Of a DNA stretch of 64,000 nucleotides, positions 1 to 12,400 are shown piece by piece. The notes below the pieces were generated by a model. That model made no database searches, was not told the origin of the DNA, and saw only the letters and a list, made by a program, of their open reading frames with translations. The DNA lies in the NCBI GenBank assembly GCA_002633005.1, contig NMRA01000264.1, forward strand, positions 504,859 through 568,858, in the 5' to 3' direction. Both the position numbers and the translations under genes were made by a program. Numbering within the stretch: the stretch's first letter is position 1; each line of letters opens with the position of its first letter. Origin of the DNA: Phoronis australis. Its lineage: Eukaryota; Animalia; Phoronida.

Positions 1-207
1 GTGGGCTATGATATATGACTAGTGCATAAGTCTTTGAGAATATACACATAACTGCAAGTTACTGGGGCTAATTTCTCTATATTGTTTCCAAACGCCGTAT
101 TGCGCTCAGGATTCAGTGCTTGGCTGAATTTCACTAATTGTGAGGTAGGAGCGTAGTCCCTCGAAATATGACCGAAGAGTGATAACCTTCGGAATATCAG
201 TATCGGA

Positions 208-455
208 CATAGGCGGACTTGGGGGGGAGGAAGTGAGGAAGTATCGAGTTCAGTAACTAAGACTGGCAGGGGAGAAGGGGGGGGGGCTCAGACCCCAGAC
301 CGCGGCGGGATCGCGTTCCCGTTTTTTTTAGTCCATAGATTTTACAGACAGAAGGTTCATTCACCCGCACCCCGCAACTTTCGCACGCTTTGCCTTATTC
401 CCAAAGCCAACATGTTGGCCCCGGGCCCCCTTATTGTATCCTAGATCCGCCACTG
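208..455. mobile_element. MITE with CA..TG termini (hAT-like)
   Basis: Ends CATAGGCGGA / TCCGCCACTG; flanks tcgga / tctga (near-perfect 5-bp TSD). Confidence 0.7.
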
Positions 456-716
456 TCTGAAATGGCTGATCAAATTCTCAGAGAAATTTTCAGGCACCAC
501 GCTTTATGCGATGTTTACAAAACGCCGCTAGGAGTTGTTTTTCAGATGTTCCGCTTTTGCTTGAGGGACAATATAAATAAGATCTTTATGGTTTTCATGA
601 AAACACCAAAAAGTTGCACAACAACTTAAACAAAATGATCACTTAAAAACCTGCTCGTTTACAGATTTTCCGCATTTCATCTTGAACATTTTTATCAAAT
701 GAAATTTGGCCATGGC

Positions 717-871
717 TGTTTTACTTCATAACAATCTGCTCTTAATTGGATCACCTGACCACGTCTTTTACTAAAATTAAGCAAAAAAATGAAAATTAAG
801 TTAACTTTCATTTTTTTGCTTAATTTTGGTCAGGTGATCCAATTAAGAGCAGATTGTTATGAAGTAAAACA
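717..871. repeat. about 155-bp foldback palindrome
   Basis: ttttacttcataacaatctgctcttaattggatcacctgacc..aaaattaagcaaaaaaatgaaa is mirrored after a gttaac centre. Confidence 0.85.
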
Positions 872-902
872 TCGAATTCCGATAGAGCCTTTCTACTTAC
901 AG

Positions 903-940
903 AAAATATCAGTATGTTTTTTCTGAGTTAAAATCTATAC
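903..940 (+). CDS. possible small upstream ADAM exon (KYQYVFSELKSI)
   Basis: ttacAG acceptor and GTAAGT donor; its phase-1 end fits the 3483/3486 acceptor. No motif support. Confidence 0.3.
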
Positions 941-1119
941 GTAAGTCTTGAAGATATTTGACTGTATACAGACTAGTATTTAAAAGTATTTCCCTGGAGT
1001 GAACCACTCGTGGCCGCCGGAACTGAATCGTGTGCCGGTAGGTGTTTTTTTACCGTACCAAATCGCCAGCTGCCTGTAGCTTTGCCAAGCACTGAGACCC
1101 TGGCCTGGCTGACTGCTGT

Positions 1120-3462
1120 CATGCCTGTGTGACTTTTGTGTGATGCACATGTTATAAAATTGTGGTCACTTATTGTCGTCACTTTGTCCGTCTGTCCGAT
1201 TATCCGCTCGATATTTCAAAAACCCTTAGTCAAATTTTGACAAAATTTGGCAGAGGAGCGTGGCTTTTTCTAATTTTTTTGGGGAAAGAGTGTTTCTGGA
1301 TTATTTCTAAAGAACGAATTGACGTATTTCAATGAAACTTGACACAAATAAGGTGTGTAATATCAATGCGCCGGCGGATTCGACCACTGTAGCACCTCCT
1401 AGTGACGGTTTCGTTCTCGACGAGGGCCATTTCAAGTGTTGTTTTGGGCAGAAGAGCGTTTCCGGGTGATATCTAGAAAACTGATGGCTGGATTACATTA
1501 AAATTTGACACAGAGGTATATTGTAAGATCGCAGCAACACCATTTGATTTTTGGCCAGATTCGACTGCTGCAGTGTCTCCTAGTGGCCATTTTGTGTGAG
1601 GGGTTTCCAGATGATAAGTAGAGAGCGGAGTGGAGGATTTCAATGAAACCTGTCACTAAAGATGTGGGATATCAATGCATCGGTACCATTAAATTTTCGG
1701 GCGGATTCGACTTCCGTAGCACCTTTTAGAGGATATCTTCAAGTGTTATTTGGTGGAAGAGCGTTTCCAGACGGTACCTAAAGAACCGATTGGTGGATTT
1801 CATTGAAACTTGACGCAGAGGTATGTGATTAGATTGCGCCGGCACCAGGTTTTCGGGTGAACGCGACTGCTGCACTGTCTCATAGTGGCCATTTTGTGTG
1901 AGGGCTTTTCCAGATGATATGTAGAGAACCGAGTGGAGGATTTCAATGAAAGTTGGCACACGGGTTTATAGTGATAATGCAGCCACGCCATTACATTTGG
2001 GGCGGATTTGAGCATTGTAGCATCTCCGCTACATGGGATTTTGAAATGTTGATGGAGGGAAGAGTGTTTCCGGATAATATCTAAAAATCCAATTAACAGA
2101 TTTCATTGAAACTCGATACAGAAATTTGCGCTGGCACCAGTTAATTTTCGGGCGAATTCAAGAACTACAGTGCCTTCTGGTGGCCATTGTGTGTAAGAGC
2201 GTTTCCAGATAACATGTAGAGAAACGAGTGAAGGGTTTTCATGAAAATTGACTCTGAATTTTGTGAACACAATGCAGAGGTGCCATTAATTCGATCACTG
2301 TGGCACCTCCTAGTGGCTATTTTGTTTTCGACATGGGCTTTTAAAGTGATGTTTGTGGAAGCGAGTTTCCGGATAATATCTACAGAAACAGTGAGTAGAT
2401 TTCATTGAAATTTAACACAAATCTGTACTATGAGATTGCGTCGGTACCATTTGACTTTCGAACGGATTTCACGAATGCAGTGCCTCCTAGTAGGCATTTT
2501 GCTTTAATACTATTCCGGATGATGTATACACAACTGAGGCAAAGATTTCGATGAAAGTCGGAACTACGATATATTTGGGCAATGCGGCTGCACCATTAAG
2601 TTTCCAGTTGGATTTTACCACTGTAGCTCCGCTTAATGGCCATTTACTTTTCGACATGCTGCTTTTCAAGTGCTGCTTGGGGTAAGAGTGTTTCCGGGTG
2701 ATATCAAGAGAACCGACACAGGGATTTCAATAATTCTTGTGTCAATGTGCCGGCACCATTTGATTTTCAGATGGATTCAACCTCTGCAGCAACCCCTAAT
2801 GTCTATTTTAGGAAGAACATTATCGGGTGATGTCTTTTGAACCGATTGGTGGATTTAGTTAATGATACTTGACTCAGAGATATGTGTTCATGTCAGTGCG
2901 CTGTCGCCATGATTGAATTTTTGTTTGCGCGGTTTCGACTACTGCAGCACTTTCCAGAGGCCATTTTGTTCTCAGGGTTTTTTCCTGTGTTGTTTCGGGG
3001 AGGTGCAACATTGGATATTTAAAAAACGATTGACTGATGTCAACAAAATTTGACATCACAAAAATATGTGAAGTCAATACGCCTGACTCTTTGTTTTAGG
3101 GAAGGATTTGCCCACTGCAGCATTGTGACAAGGCGTGTTGTTTGGGGTTGTAGTATTTCTGGATTTTACAAAGAGATCCGATTGATAAATCTCATTAAAA
3201 CTCACATAGCTATACATGGTAACCATACACCGACACCATTTTGTTCTCAAGCAGGGGTTTTTCAAGGGTTGTTTAGAGGAAGAGCTTTTCGGAATTACTT
3301 CTGTAGAACTGTTTGACAGATTTCAATGAAACTTTACTCAGCAGTATAAGATTTTCAGGTTAATTCGACAACTGCAGCACATCTTAGTGGGCCTTATAAT
3401 AAAAACATATCTTATGCGATGCAATGTGAGCGCATGTCAACGCCCCGGCATTGCCCTTGTTT
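1120..3462 (+). mobile_element. Helentron/HINE-like non-autonomous element with internal degenerate tandem array
   Basis: gtccgtctgtcc near the 5' end, about 14 recurrences of tttcaatgaaacttgacac-type units, short hairpin ggcattgcc plus ttgttt at the 3' end. Confidence 0.6.
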
Positions 3463-3485
3463 ATAACGTCTTCGTGTATCAGCAG

Positions 3486-6400
3486 ATGTGCGTGCGTTTC
3501 TGCGTCATTATGACATCATCATCCCGGAAGTCATCGATAGAAAACGAAACAAAAGACGTCCGCTGAACAGAAGTCGGGAACGTATTGTTGAAGGAAGTAA
3601 AACGTACACGATTCCCACTTTGAGCGGAAACTTCACTTTGGACTTAAATCTCGACAGGTGCTTTTCATCTTTTTATGAATGGGTAAAACTAGCAATTTTA
3701 TATATGTAACATATTTCATGGATGTGTGGATAAACGAAATGATGTGATTGTAATGCTAAATTGTTTAGCTTCGTATTTAAGAAGACGGCCTAGGAATTAC
3801 AAGAAATTAAAAAAGAAATACTTGATATGATACATAAATGAATTGCTTTCGCAATCTAACAAAACCACTACTTTCGGAATTGATGAAAAGTTCGCCATGT
3901 GGCGAAATGACAAAAAAGTGTACTTACTTTAGACCACTTCCTGTCTTGGAATTGGTCTCCACGTTGTTACTAACCCAGACGAGGAATGGTCTGTGGGTTG
4001 AAGTGACAGTTAGACAAAGGCTGAAATCAGGCATTTTAATGCTTTAAAAAGCGACACGCCAAGACAAGCAAACGAGCTTGATCTGGAGCACTAACCAACT
4101 GTCACTGATTCCCAAGCCTTGAAGTCGTGACTAATCCGAGTAAGGCTCAGATTATTTGCGAATTTAGTTTCAATTTAACTATTTTACGGAAGGTGGACTT
4201 GTAGCCACATTAATTAAGGAGCAGTAAACAACCTGTGTCTTCTGTCATAACAACCCGTTTGAGGACAGTTTCATAAGCGGTCTCATTTTATTCTTTAGAA
4301 ATGATTTCGACGGTCTTGAAAAGGCGTGACTGTTAATTCGTAATTGCTTCAGTTGCTTGTCCATTGAAATAGTAGCTGTAAAGTGATCGGGCTTTAGGAG
4401 AACACATACACGCCACTCACAGCAATGTTGATGCCATAACACGGTTTACAGCGGCTGAAACCCACGTTTTATGTGCCCGGCTGTATGAAATAGCTCCAAA
4501 TAGGGACTCAACTAAGTTCCCTAAATCTACTGCGTAGTTTAGGGCTTGTGCAGACACTGATTGTCCTTTCTTGTGCTGTTTGAGTCTCATTACTAAGTCG
4601 ATTTTTGGCTTTGATCACTAGTTGAGAGTGAATTCTTGTTCTCAATATTGAAAATTAGGAGAGATCTTTTCATGCAACGCCTCTAATTTAATGACTAGGT
4701 CCCTAATTATTATAACTCAATTAATGGCTCCGTTTTTAGTTATATTGTTAGGAAATGTCATTAGTCAAAGAGGAGCGCATAATGAATACATGATAGAAAA
4801 TGTAATATCTGTGAGTAAAGAACGAAACAAACACACAAAGGGGTATTTAGGAAAATTAGGTGAGTCCCTATTTGGGACTGATTCATGCAACCGTGCACTG
4901 GAAGACGGAAAGTAAAACGCATAAAATTCTCATTCAGGTACATCGTGGCTGGAGATCTTACTCACTTTTATGTCGACAACGGAACACGCGTCAGGGAACA
5001 GGTAACAACGCTAGTAAATAAGTCATTTTGCGTCATGGGACGAAAAATTCTGATCGTCTATGAGCAAAAAGGACACTGATATAGAATTTGTTATTGGTCT
5101 AGACGTGCGAAATTCCTTGATACAAGTTTATTGCCAAAGTAGAAAAACATGGCTTGTTACCGTGCAAAATAGTCTGGAGTTCTAATTGTTGTGACAGTTC
5201 CACAAACAGCAATCTAACTAAAGTGAGAAAAACGCTACCAACTCTCTGCTGTGGTAAGATACAAGAACGAATCAACGTTCTATTTAGGTGAAACCATCCG
5301 CCTGTTACTATTCCGGTACAGTAAGAGACTTTGTTGATTCAAGCGTTGCTATGACGACCTGCGATGGACTTAGGTATAAATCTTTCGCTTTGGACTCCGT
5401 TTGCCGTCCTTTATCAATATCCACACGCAAATGTATGAGTTTTCACGTGAGTGATTCTATAAACGTCATTGTGCACTGGTGATCCTTGAGGTTTGTAATA
5501 TGAGTGAGGATTTTTTGATTTTGTGAATTCTATGGAACACCATAGATTTTTTTTAGTACGGGTATCTGTGTGGGTGCCAAAAAGTATGGTTGTCATCGGA
5601 CTCCCATGACGTATTTGCATGATCGTAACTATGCTAATGTATAGCAAACACTAAACGACAATAGTATTTTGACATAGTCTACGCTAAACAAAGTGCAGTT
5701 ATTGTATTCATTGACAACTTGTAAATGTGAAAACAAAATATTCTGCAAACAGATGACCTCTATACTTTCACGATACTTAATAGACACTGGTCAGTGATTT
5801 GCAGTGGATCATTTTCGCCACAAAACTCGTTCTTAAAAGTATTTGGCAATTTTTACTCTACTTTATATTCGCATCGTCACTTTATGCTGTGTTTCTAACT
5901 ACTTTGGCCAAGCAGTTACAGAGACAAGGAATTAGCCTGCAAGTTCCACTCTAAGGGGTCAATTTATGCCGGCCTGCCTCCAAGTTTTGTTCACTTATTA
6001 ATGTTTGAAGGCGTCTATTGCAAGCTAAAAGTTGTAGAAGTTAATACACTCAATCTTACAGGGGATCCTTTCGAGCGGATAAAAATACGTATGTTATCGA
6101 GCCGTATCCTTCTGAAAGTGAAACTAATTACCACATTATGTACAATACCAAAGATTACAATCGCAACGCAACTTTGTCATGCGGTAAGACGTTACGTTAA
6201 GAATTCAGCGTGTCCTAAAACTTGTCATTCTGCTAAATTAACATAGCATCTCTCGTGTTATCGTTAATTATGATCACATGATAATTCGTACCAAGATTTA
6301 TGCAACCAACTGCAGTTATGAAACAAGGCCGATTATGACATTTTCACCTCTCGGAGAGAGAACAAACATCCCTACAAACTTTTCCTTTGTTACTCAACCC

Positions 6401-9400
6401 TGTAAATAACAGTTTTATCTTAAAAATCTCGAGTCACCAACAATTACGCCGCCAACTTTCCATGGTAACTCATACAGCTATCAAAAAACTACTTGTCCAA
6501 ATCGACTAGTATTGAGGATAGGGTGCCAATAAAGTTCCCTGATAGATTTCGCGTTTGCTGTGGAGTTTATGGAAAAGCTGTTCTTGAATTAGGTTTTTAT
6601 TCCAAATGTCATTGACCTTAAGATTAAAATCTTTGGAAGTCGTATTTGTTATAAGTTTGGTTTGCGTTCATTACGATGTACGATTACCTTCCATTAACCT
6701 AAATGGTTACGCCAATTTTCACTTCATAAGTCGCCATGACAACGGCTGTTATTACATTTCAGGGACAAAACACAAGTCTCATGTGGACGAGATTCCTTTA
6801 AATGTAAATGACGACGTGGAATATCGTCGTCGTGTGAGTTCATTCTACTGAATGCCACCTATATGTATCAACAGAGGGCTACCTTTGCTATCATCCTTTG
6901 CTTAATTTGCATTCCTTCAGTTGGTCTTTGCGTTTGCGTACTTCTACAGGTACTTAGCAAAGTACCAAAGTTGAAAATAACACTGCTTAGTCAAGTTCGG
7001 TTGTCAATTTCTATGCGACGTTATCGTGTACATGACACAGTTAATGACTTTCACTGGCTGTCTACGATAATTTCAGACCTCGAAAATGTAATAAGGACCT
7101 GGCTCTGCTCCGGTCATTTTTGGGTCTGAAAAATCAACATATTTATTGAGTGTTAAAACCAACAATTGTTTTATTTTATGGTATCTTCTGTCGTATTCTT
7201 TTGTTTACATTTTGTCATAATAAATGACCTTACTTCACCTAGCCCAATCTCTTTTTCATCTCTGGTAACGAGCTTGAAAAGCGTGTATGTTTGCTTGGGA
7301 CATATGTCGAACATACATACGTACTACTCCATAACTGTTAGTGTTTAAAGCCCGTTTACCATGAATTTGTAAAGTTATAGGCCTTGATTTCAGCAAATGT
7401 CTACCAGATAATGGCGACAATTAGCAATTTGTAATGAACTCACAACGACACAACAGATTATGATGTTTTATGGTCAAAGCTAATAACTTCAAAAAGTCCA
7501 CCACATCCAACAATTATCCCTAAAATGTATTTGAGGCCATAAAACCGTCGATGTTACGACATTTCATAAAACGAGTTCCGGCGGCAGCTTTCGAACACGC
7601 AAGACACTCGCTAAAAATCTCGAACTGAAATTACGTTTTTACTTACAATTTACGTAAGAAATTCAATATTTCAGTGATCACAATTTTTCCAGTATCGTAC
7701 TCTGGTAACATCTACGGTCTGTTGGCGAAACACTTGTTTTTACCTGTGTGATTTTACGTTATCTTGGTTTTCTTGCAAGAAAATGGCTCTGCTGGGACAC
7801 TAGCTGCCCTATTGGTGACAGGTCACTTAATAGTGTATTGTGAATAGAAACAAAGAATTTCAACTTTTTCAGAGACGGAACGCATTCAGTCGCCAACGGT
7901 ACCATATCAAGATCTTATACATCGTGGACCAAAGGGCAGTAAGCGAAATTTTGCGTTGTTATGAATTTGAATATCTCGATGACCCATTGTAAAAACTCAG
8001 TGCTTCCATTGGGAGTAGTAGTCGTCAAATTTAGGCATTTTCGATAAGTAATACCACTTTGATCAGAATGCTGTCTTATGACTATGATAATCAGTTTGAT
8101 AAGGGCAAAAGAATAAATTGGTGCTACTAATCATATATGAAAATGTGACAAAATACAAATTCAATAAATCGCCATATTGTTTCCTAAATTGGTTAGATTT
8201 ACCGTAGACGTAGATGCTTGAACAGTATAGAAATTGTCCAAAAGGAAGCATACAACTTACAAACAACGTGGGTGAGGTTGTGAATATCGTAGCGGTGATG
8301 TCGACAACTTCAGCTTCTCCTCATATGACCAGCGCTCAACTATCGTCCAAAGATTTATTGTCCCAAGTCTCCGTTAAAATGAGCTGAAGCGCAAAAACCA
8401 GTACATTTACCGACTATTCTTTTTGATATAATGTCGAATACTAGTGATATTTCTCTTACTGGTGGCCTAGCACATTCCTAAGCCTATTTGGAAACTGAAA
8501 ACTCACAATTTGGCCATTGGAATTGTGATGATCACCACAAGACTGCTATTGTGGACACACAATGATAAGTGATTAAAATACGTTTGTTAGTTTACTGTTT
8601 TACTTTTAGTGTTCCCACTACAGGTCAGCAAAAGATATGGTAGACATGATTGTTCGACTCACTCAAAAAATGAACCAAGTGAGTAAAATCAACAATAATA
8701 CAGTGGCGGATCTAGGATATCACAAGGGGGGGCAACATTTTGTCTGTAAACATTTGTGTAAAGCACGATTGTAGATGCGCATAGAACCGAATGGGAGGAG
8801 GTCGGGAGGGGGGCAAACCCCCCTCCCGCCCAAGAAAATTTTGTTTTTTCAAGCATTTTCCTTGATTCCTAAAGTATTATCCAAGAAAAAAAGGCAAAGA
8901 AAAAAAAAGAAGAAACACAGAGACCGTAAAAACTGCATTTACCACAGACTCGAACTCACGACCTGGCGCATACAGCGCGCGTGCTTTACCACTGCACCAC
9001 CACAATTCCACTCTTATTTTATTACTAAGAAACCTGCTTGTTTATGGTCCACAGCGTTTGCGCGCGAAACCTACCTCTTTTTGTAATGCTTATTACACTT
9101 TTTGTATTTTGTGCAATCATTTCGTAACAAATTTGTTGAAGTCTTCAATTGTCCAGAAGACCAAATCCGTTTTTTGTGTTGGCATTAATGACGCGATTGC
9201 TTTGGAAATCATCTCAAGTTAAGGTTTGACAAAGAAAGAATTATGAGTTTCTGAGTGATTCATTAAGGCTTCGATTAAAATTTACATCTTACCAGCAGCT
9301 TCTGTTTTTTGCATCGTCACTCATATTCCATTTTCTTTAAAGGAGCATGGCACCCAAAAACAACCTAATTTGTATCAATTTAGATCGAGTAGTTCTACTT

Positions 9401-12400
9401 CATATCGACACGTACGGTTGCGTTACCTGACACCTGACGGCAGACGGAGGTGTTGAAATTATCTAATGACGTCATCGGTTTCACAAGGAGTTTGTTTAGC
9501 AGTTCACAACACGGGTTACTGGTGTCAGCTTATCGCATGAATTCATCGTTTAACACCAATACATCAAACTTCGATGTAAAACCCTTAAAAATACACCGAG
9601 TTCTTATAAAAACGTGTTGTTTTATTTCGCTCTTACGGATTTATTGGTATTTGGACACACCGTAGCCTACAAAGTTCGGCAGGCCAATGAAGGTCCGTAG
9701 CAGGAGTTTGGGGTCTGTTCGGAGATAATTTCGAAGTATTTTCCGTGAGATACAGACAGGAGAACCTAGATCTTTCGTTTATACTTGTGATTTTTTGAGT
9801 TCTAAACACAAAACGCTTGTTATCCTGGCCAGTGGCTCGGAGCCCAATCAGGCCCGTCGCGGCCGGCCGGATTGATTCGTTATCCCGGCCAGTGGCTCGG
9901 AAACTAATCAGACATTACGAACATAAACCAGCCAAAGTTCAGTGGAAACTAAACTTCCAGTCAAGAAAATACTATACTAGTGAGCCAGAGAAGGAATGTG
10001 CACGTGATTATGTTGGTGAATTAGCCACGAAACTGCAAATCTACTTACTCGTCGGGGGCCGCGAATTCAGATGAGGTTCCGCTTTTGGCCACAGCACCGT
10101 GAGGGCAGAAATTGTACATTGACAATCGTTATTTGAGTTATGTAAATGTAAATAAAGATTCCCCTAACACCTGGTCGTGGGATGGAAATCCGTTGTTTCA
10201 CAACAGTTTCTGCCAGCAAACACTAAATTAGCATGAGCTCACAAGGCCTCGGTGTCCCGTCAATTAGTTTTTTTGTACCTAAAGCCGGTAACGCAGTGAT
10301 TTATTCATTGCTGGCTTCTCAAATCATCTGCACTCACGAACACTCCAAAGGCATTACAAACTGCATCTAATGAGACAGATTTTGTTTCAGTTTTATGTAA
10401 GTACTGGGTAGGGTGAAAATAATTCATTGTAATAAACGCCAACATGGCAACTCGCAATCCCGACTTAGGACGAGCTAGAGCTCAGTCGTCAGTCCAGACT
10501 TCGCAGGTGGATCGTTAAGTTTTACAGGCTATCAATTCGAACAGGAATACAGTAATGAAGAAATACTAGAGAGGTGCCGTGAACAAGCTCAGACAACGGA
10601 ACGTATGGAGTTATTTGGTAAGCCGGCATTCGTCAGGCACTGTCGACGTCTGCAGGCCACAGAGAAGGAGATGTTTCACGGCCTCATACTTACTATTTAC
10701 AGCGTACATTTCATTCTTCACTACCATGAGCCACTTCCTAAGCATTTGGACTCTCGGGGAAGTAAAAGAAAAACGATATACCCGCTTTCCTCGCAGCTGC
10801 TTAGTTCGGACAAGCGGGAACGATGCACCGCAACATAGCGGCATTCACTCTGCATATGAACCACTGACGTCGCTAGCGTCGTTTCTCACCTTCCTCACAG
10901 GTTAACGCGACACCTCTCGGCAAGGTGAGGTAGACCGTAATAAGAGGCGATGTGGATTATAGACCGATTAAGACGGTAAAAAAGACTAATTAAATCGGGT
11001 GGCATTCTCCTTTAAAAATGAAATAATTTTCTTCATTGCACAGTGAAGCAGACGACGGAAACGGAGTCGTAGTGCGCAGCACCACTGCCGGTCGCCTGGG
11101 ATATCGCGGGAGAGCCTATACTTAGCCATAGTTCTGTTACGATTGCGCCATGTTCGGAATTTGACACTTGAAAATGGATCTGAGCCCCCCAAACACACTA
11201 AAACTTCACACAATAAAATCTTGTTTCAGCCGTATAATGTTAATTACTGGGGTTAATTAATAAACGCAACATTTCCCTACGCTCTTGCTGTTTTATTTTT
11301 TGCTACAGCCAAGGGGGGGGGGCGGGCCTCCTGCCCCCCTAAATCCGCCTATGTATTGACGCGACTGAAATCACAACAATCGCATTAATTTCCAGTTCAT
11401 TTCATTGTTTTCACTCCTTGTGTCATACTCAAAGTCATTGGGACACGTTGCGTAATATGGAAGGAAAGCGTGACTTCACCTTAATTCGGGGGTAGTCTAG
11501 TAAATTACGCCTTTTGGTTTTTACCTTTGTCATCAGGGGAAATTAGAATAGGACAGAATTTGTAACCGGAAAATCACAAAACTGTGTTATTTGGTGTGGC
11601 TCAATGGTTTGAGTTTCGGTTTAGCCGGAATACTCTGCTTCGAATCTTCGAAGCTTTTACTGACAGTCAATCGAACATAGTACAAAAGTGTCTTCTAGTC
11701 CTACGATCTTGGTCATGCTAGATGATATATACAACGCAGAGGATGAACCTGGATATAATGCAAAAGCGATTTCTGGGGGTGTGTCATAAGAAAACTCTGT
11801 TTTAGAAAACACGTTATGATGTTCTAATCTTCATGGTTCACAGATGCTATGGCAAGAGCTTCAGATTTTAAGAAGTAAACTTTGTTGAATTTTACTGGTT
11901 TGTTTTAACATCCATTTCAGTCCTGACAACGATGTAGTAGTAATATTAGAAATAATCTTTATCTATCTACCAATTGAACCGTCTTATTTCCCAAGGCGTT
12001 CAGATGAGCAAAACTGGCAATGTTCTCTTTAATAGACAATAAGGGAAAATCAGAAAAAACTAATCTGTCAAAGTGATCCAGTTAGCCTCTTGAACCTGTT
12101 AAAATAGCCATTTACAGCCGATTTCATACAGGTTGTTTAAAGTTAAACCTACTTTAAACTGGACTTAGAGATAAACTGCATTTCATAGAGTGGTTTAACT
12201 TTTAGGCCAATGGTTTAGTAAAACCTAGTTTAACTCCAGTTTAGATCTGGTAAAAGTCAGTTTTCATTTCACCAACGACGTCTATATTCCTTAGACCTGT
12301 ATTAAGATCTTAAACCAGGTTTAACTTTAGACTTGATCAGACCCAGGTTTAATACTGTTAAATATGGCAGACTTGCACGATATAGGTGCCATTGAATGAT

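Larger units (their letters stand above)
8701..11353. mobile_element. hAT-like non-autonomous element hosting nested insertions
   Basis: CAGTGGCGGATCTAGG ... CTAAATCCGCCTATG termini, same family as 208-455 and 12481-12636; TSD poorly conserved. Confidence 0.6.

Noticed and set aside
5805-5840. alternative ADAM prodomain exon
   Set aside because: 6062-6183 supplies the expected YxIEP and Cys-switch motifs with correct phases.
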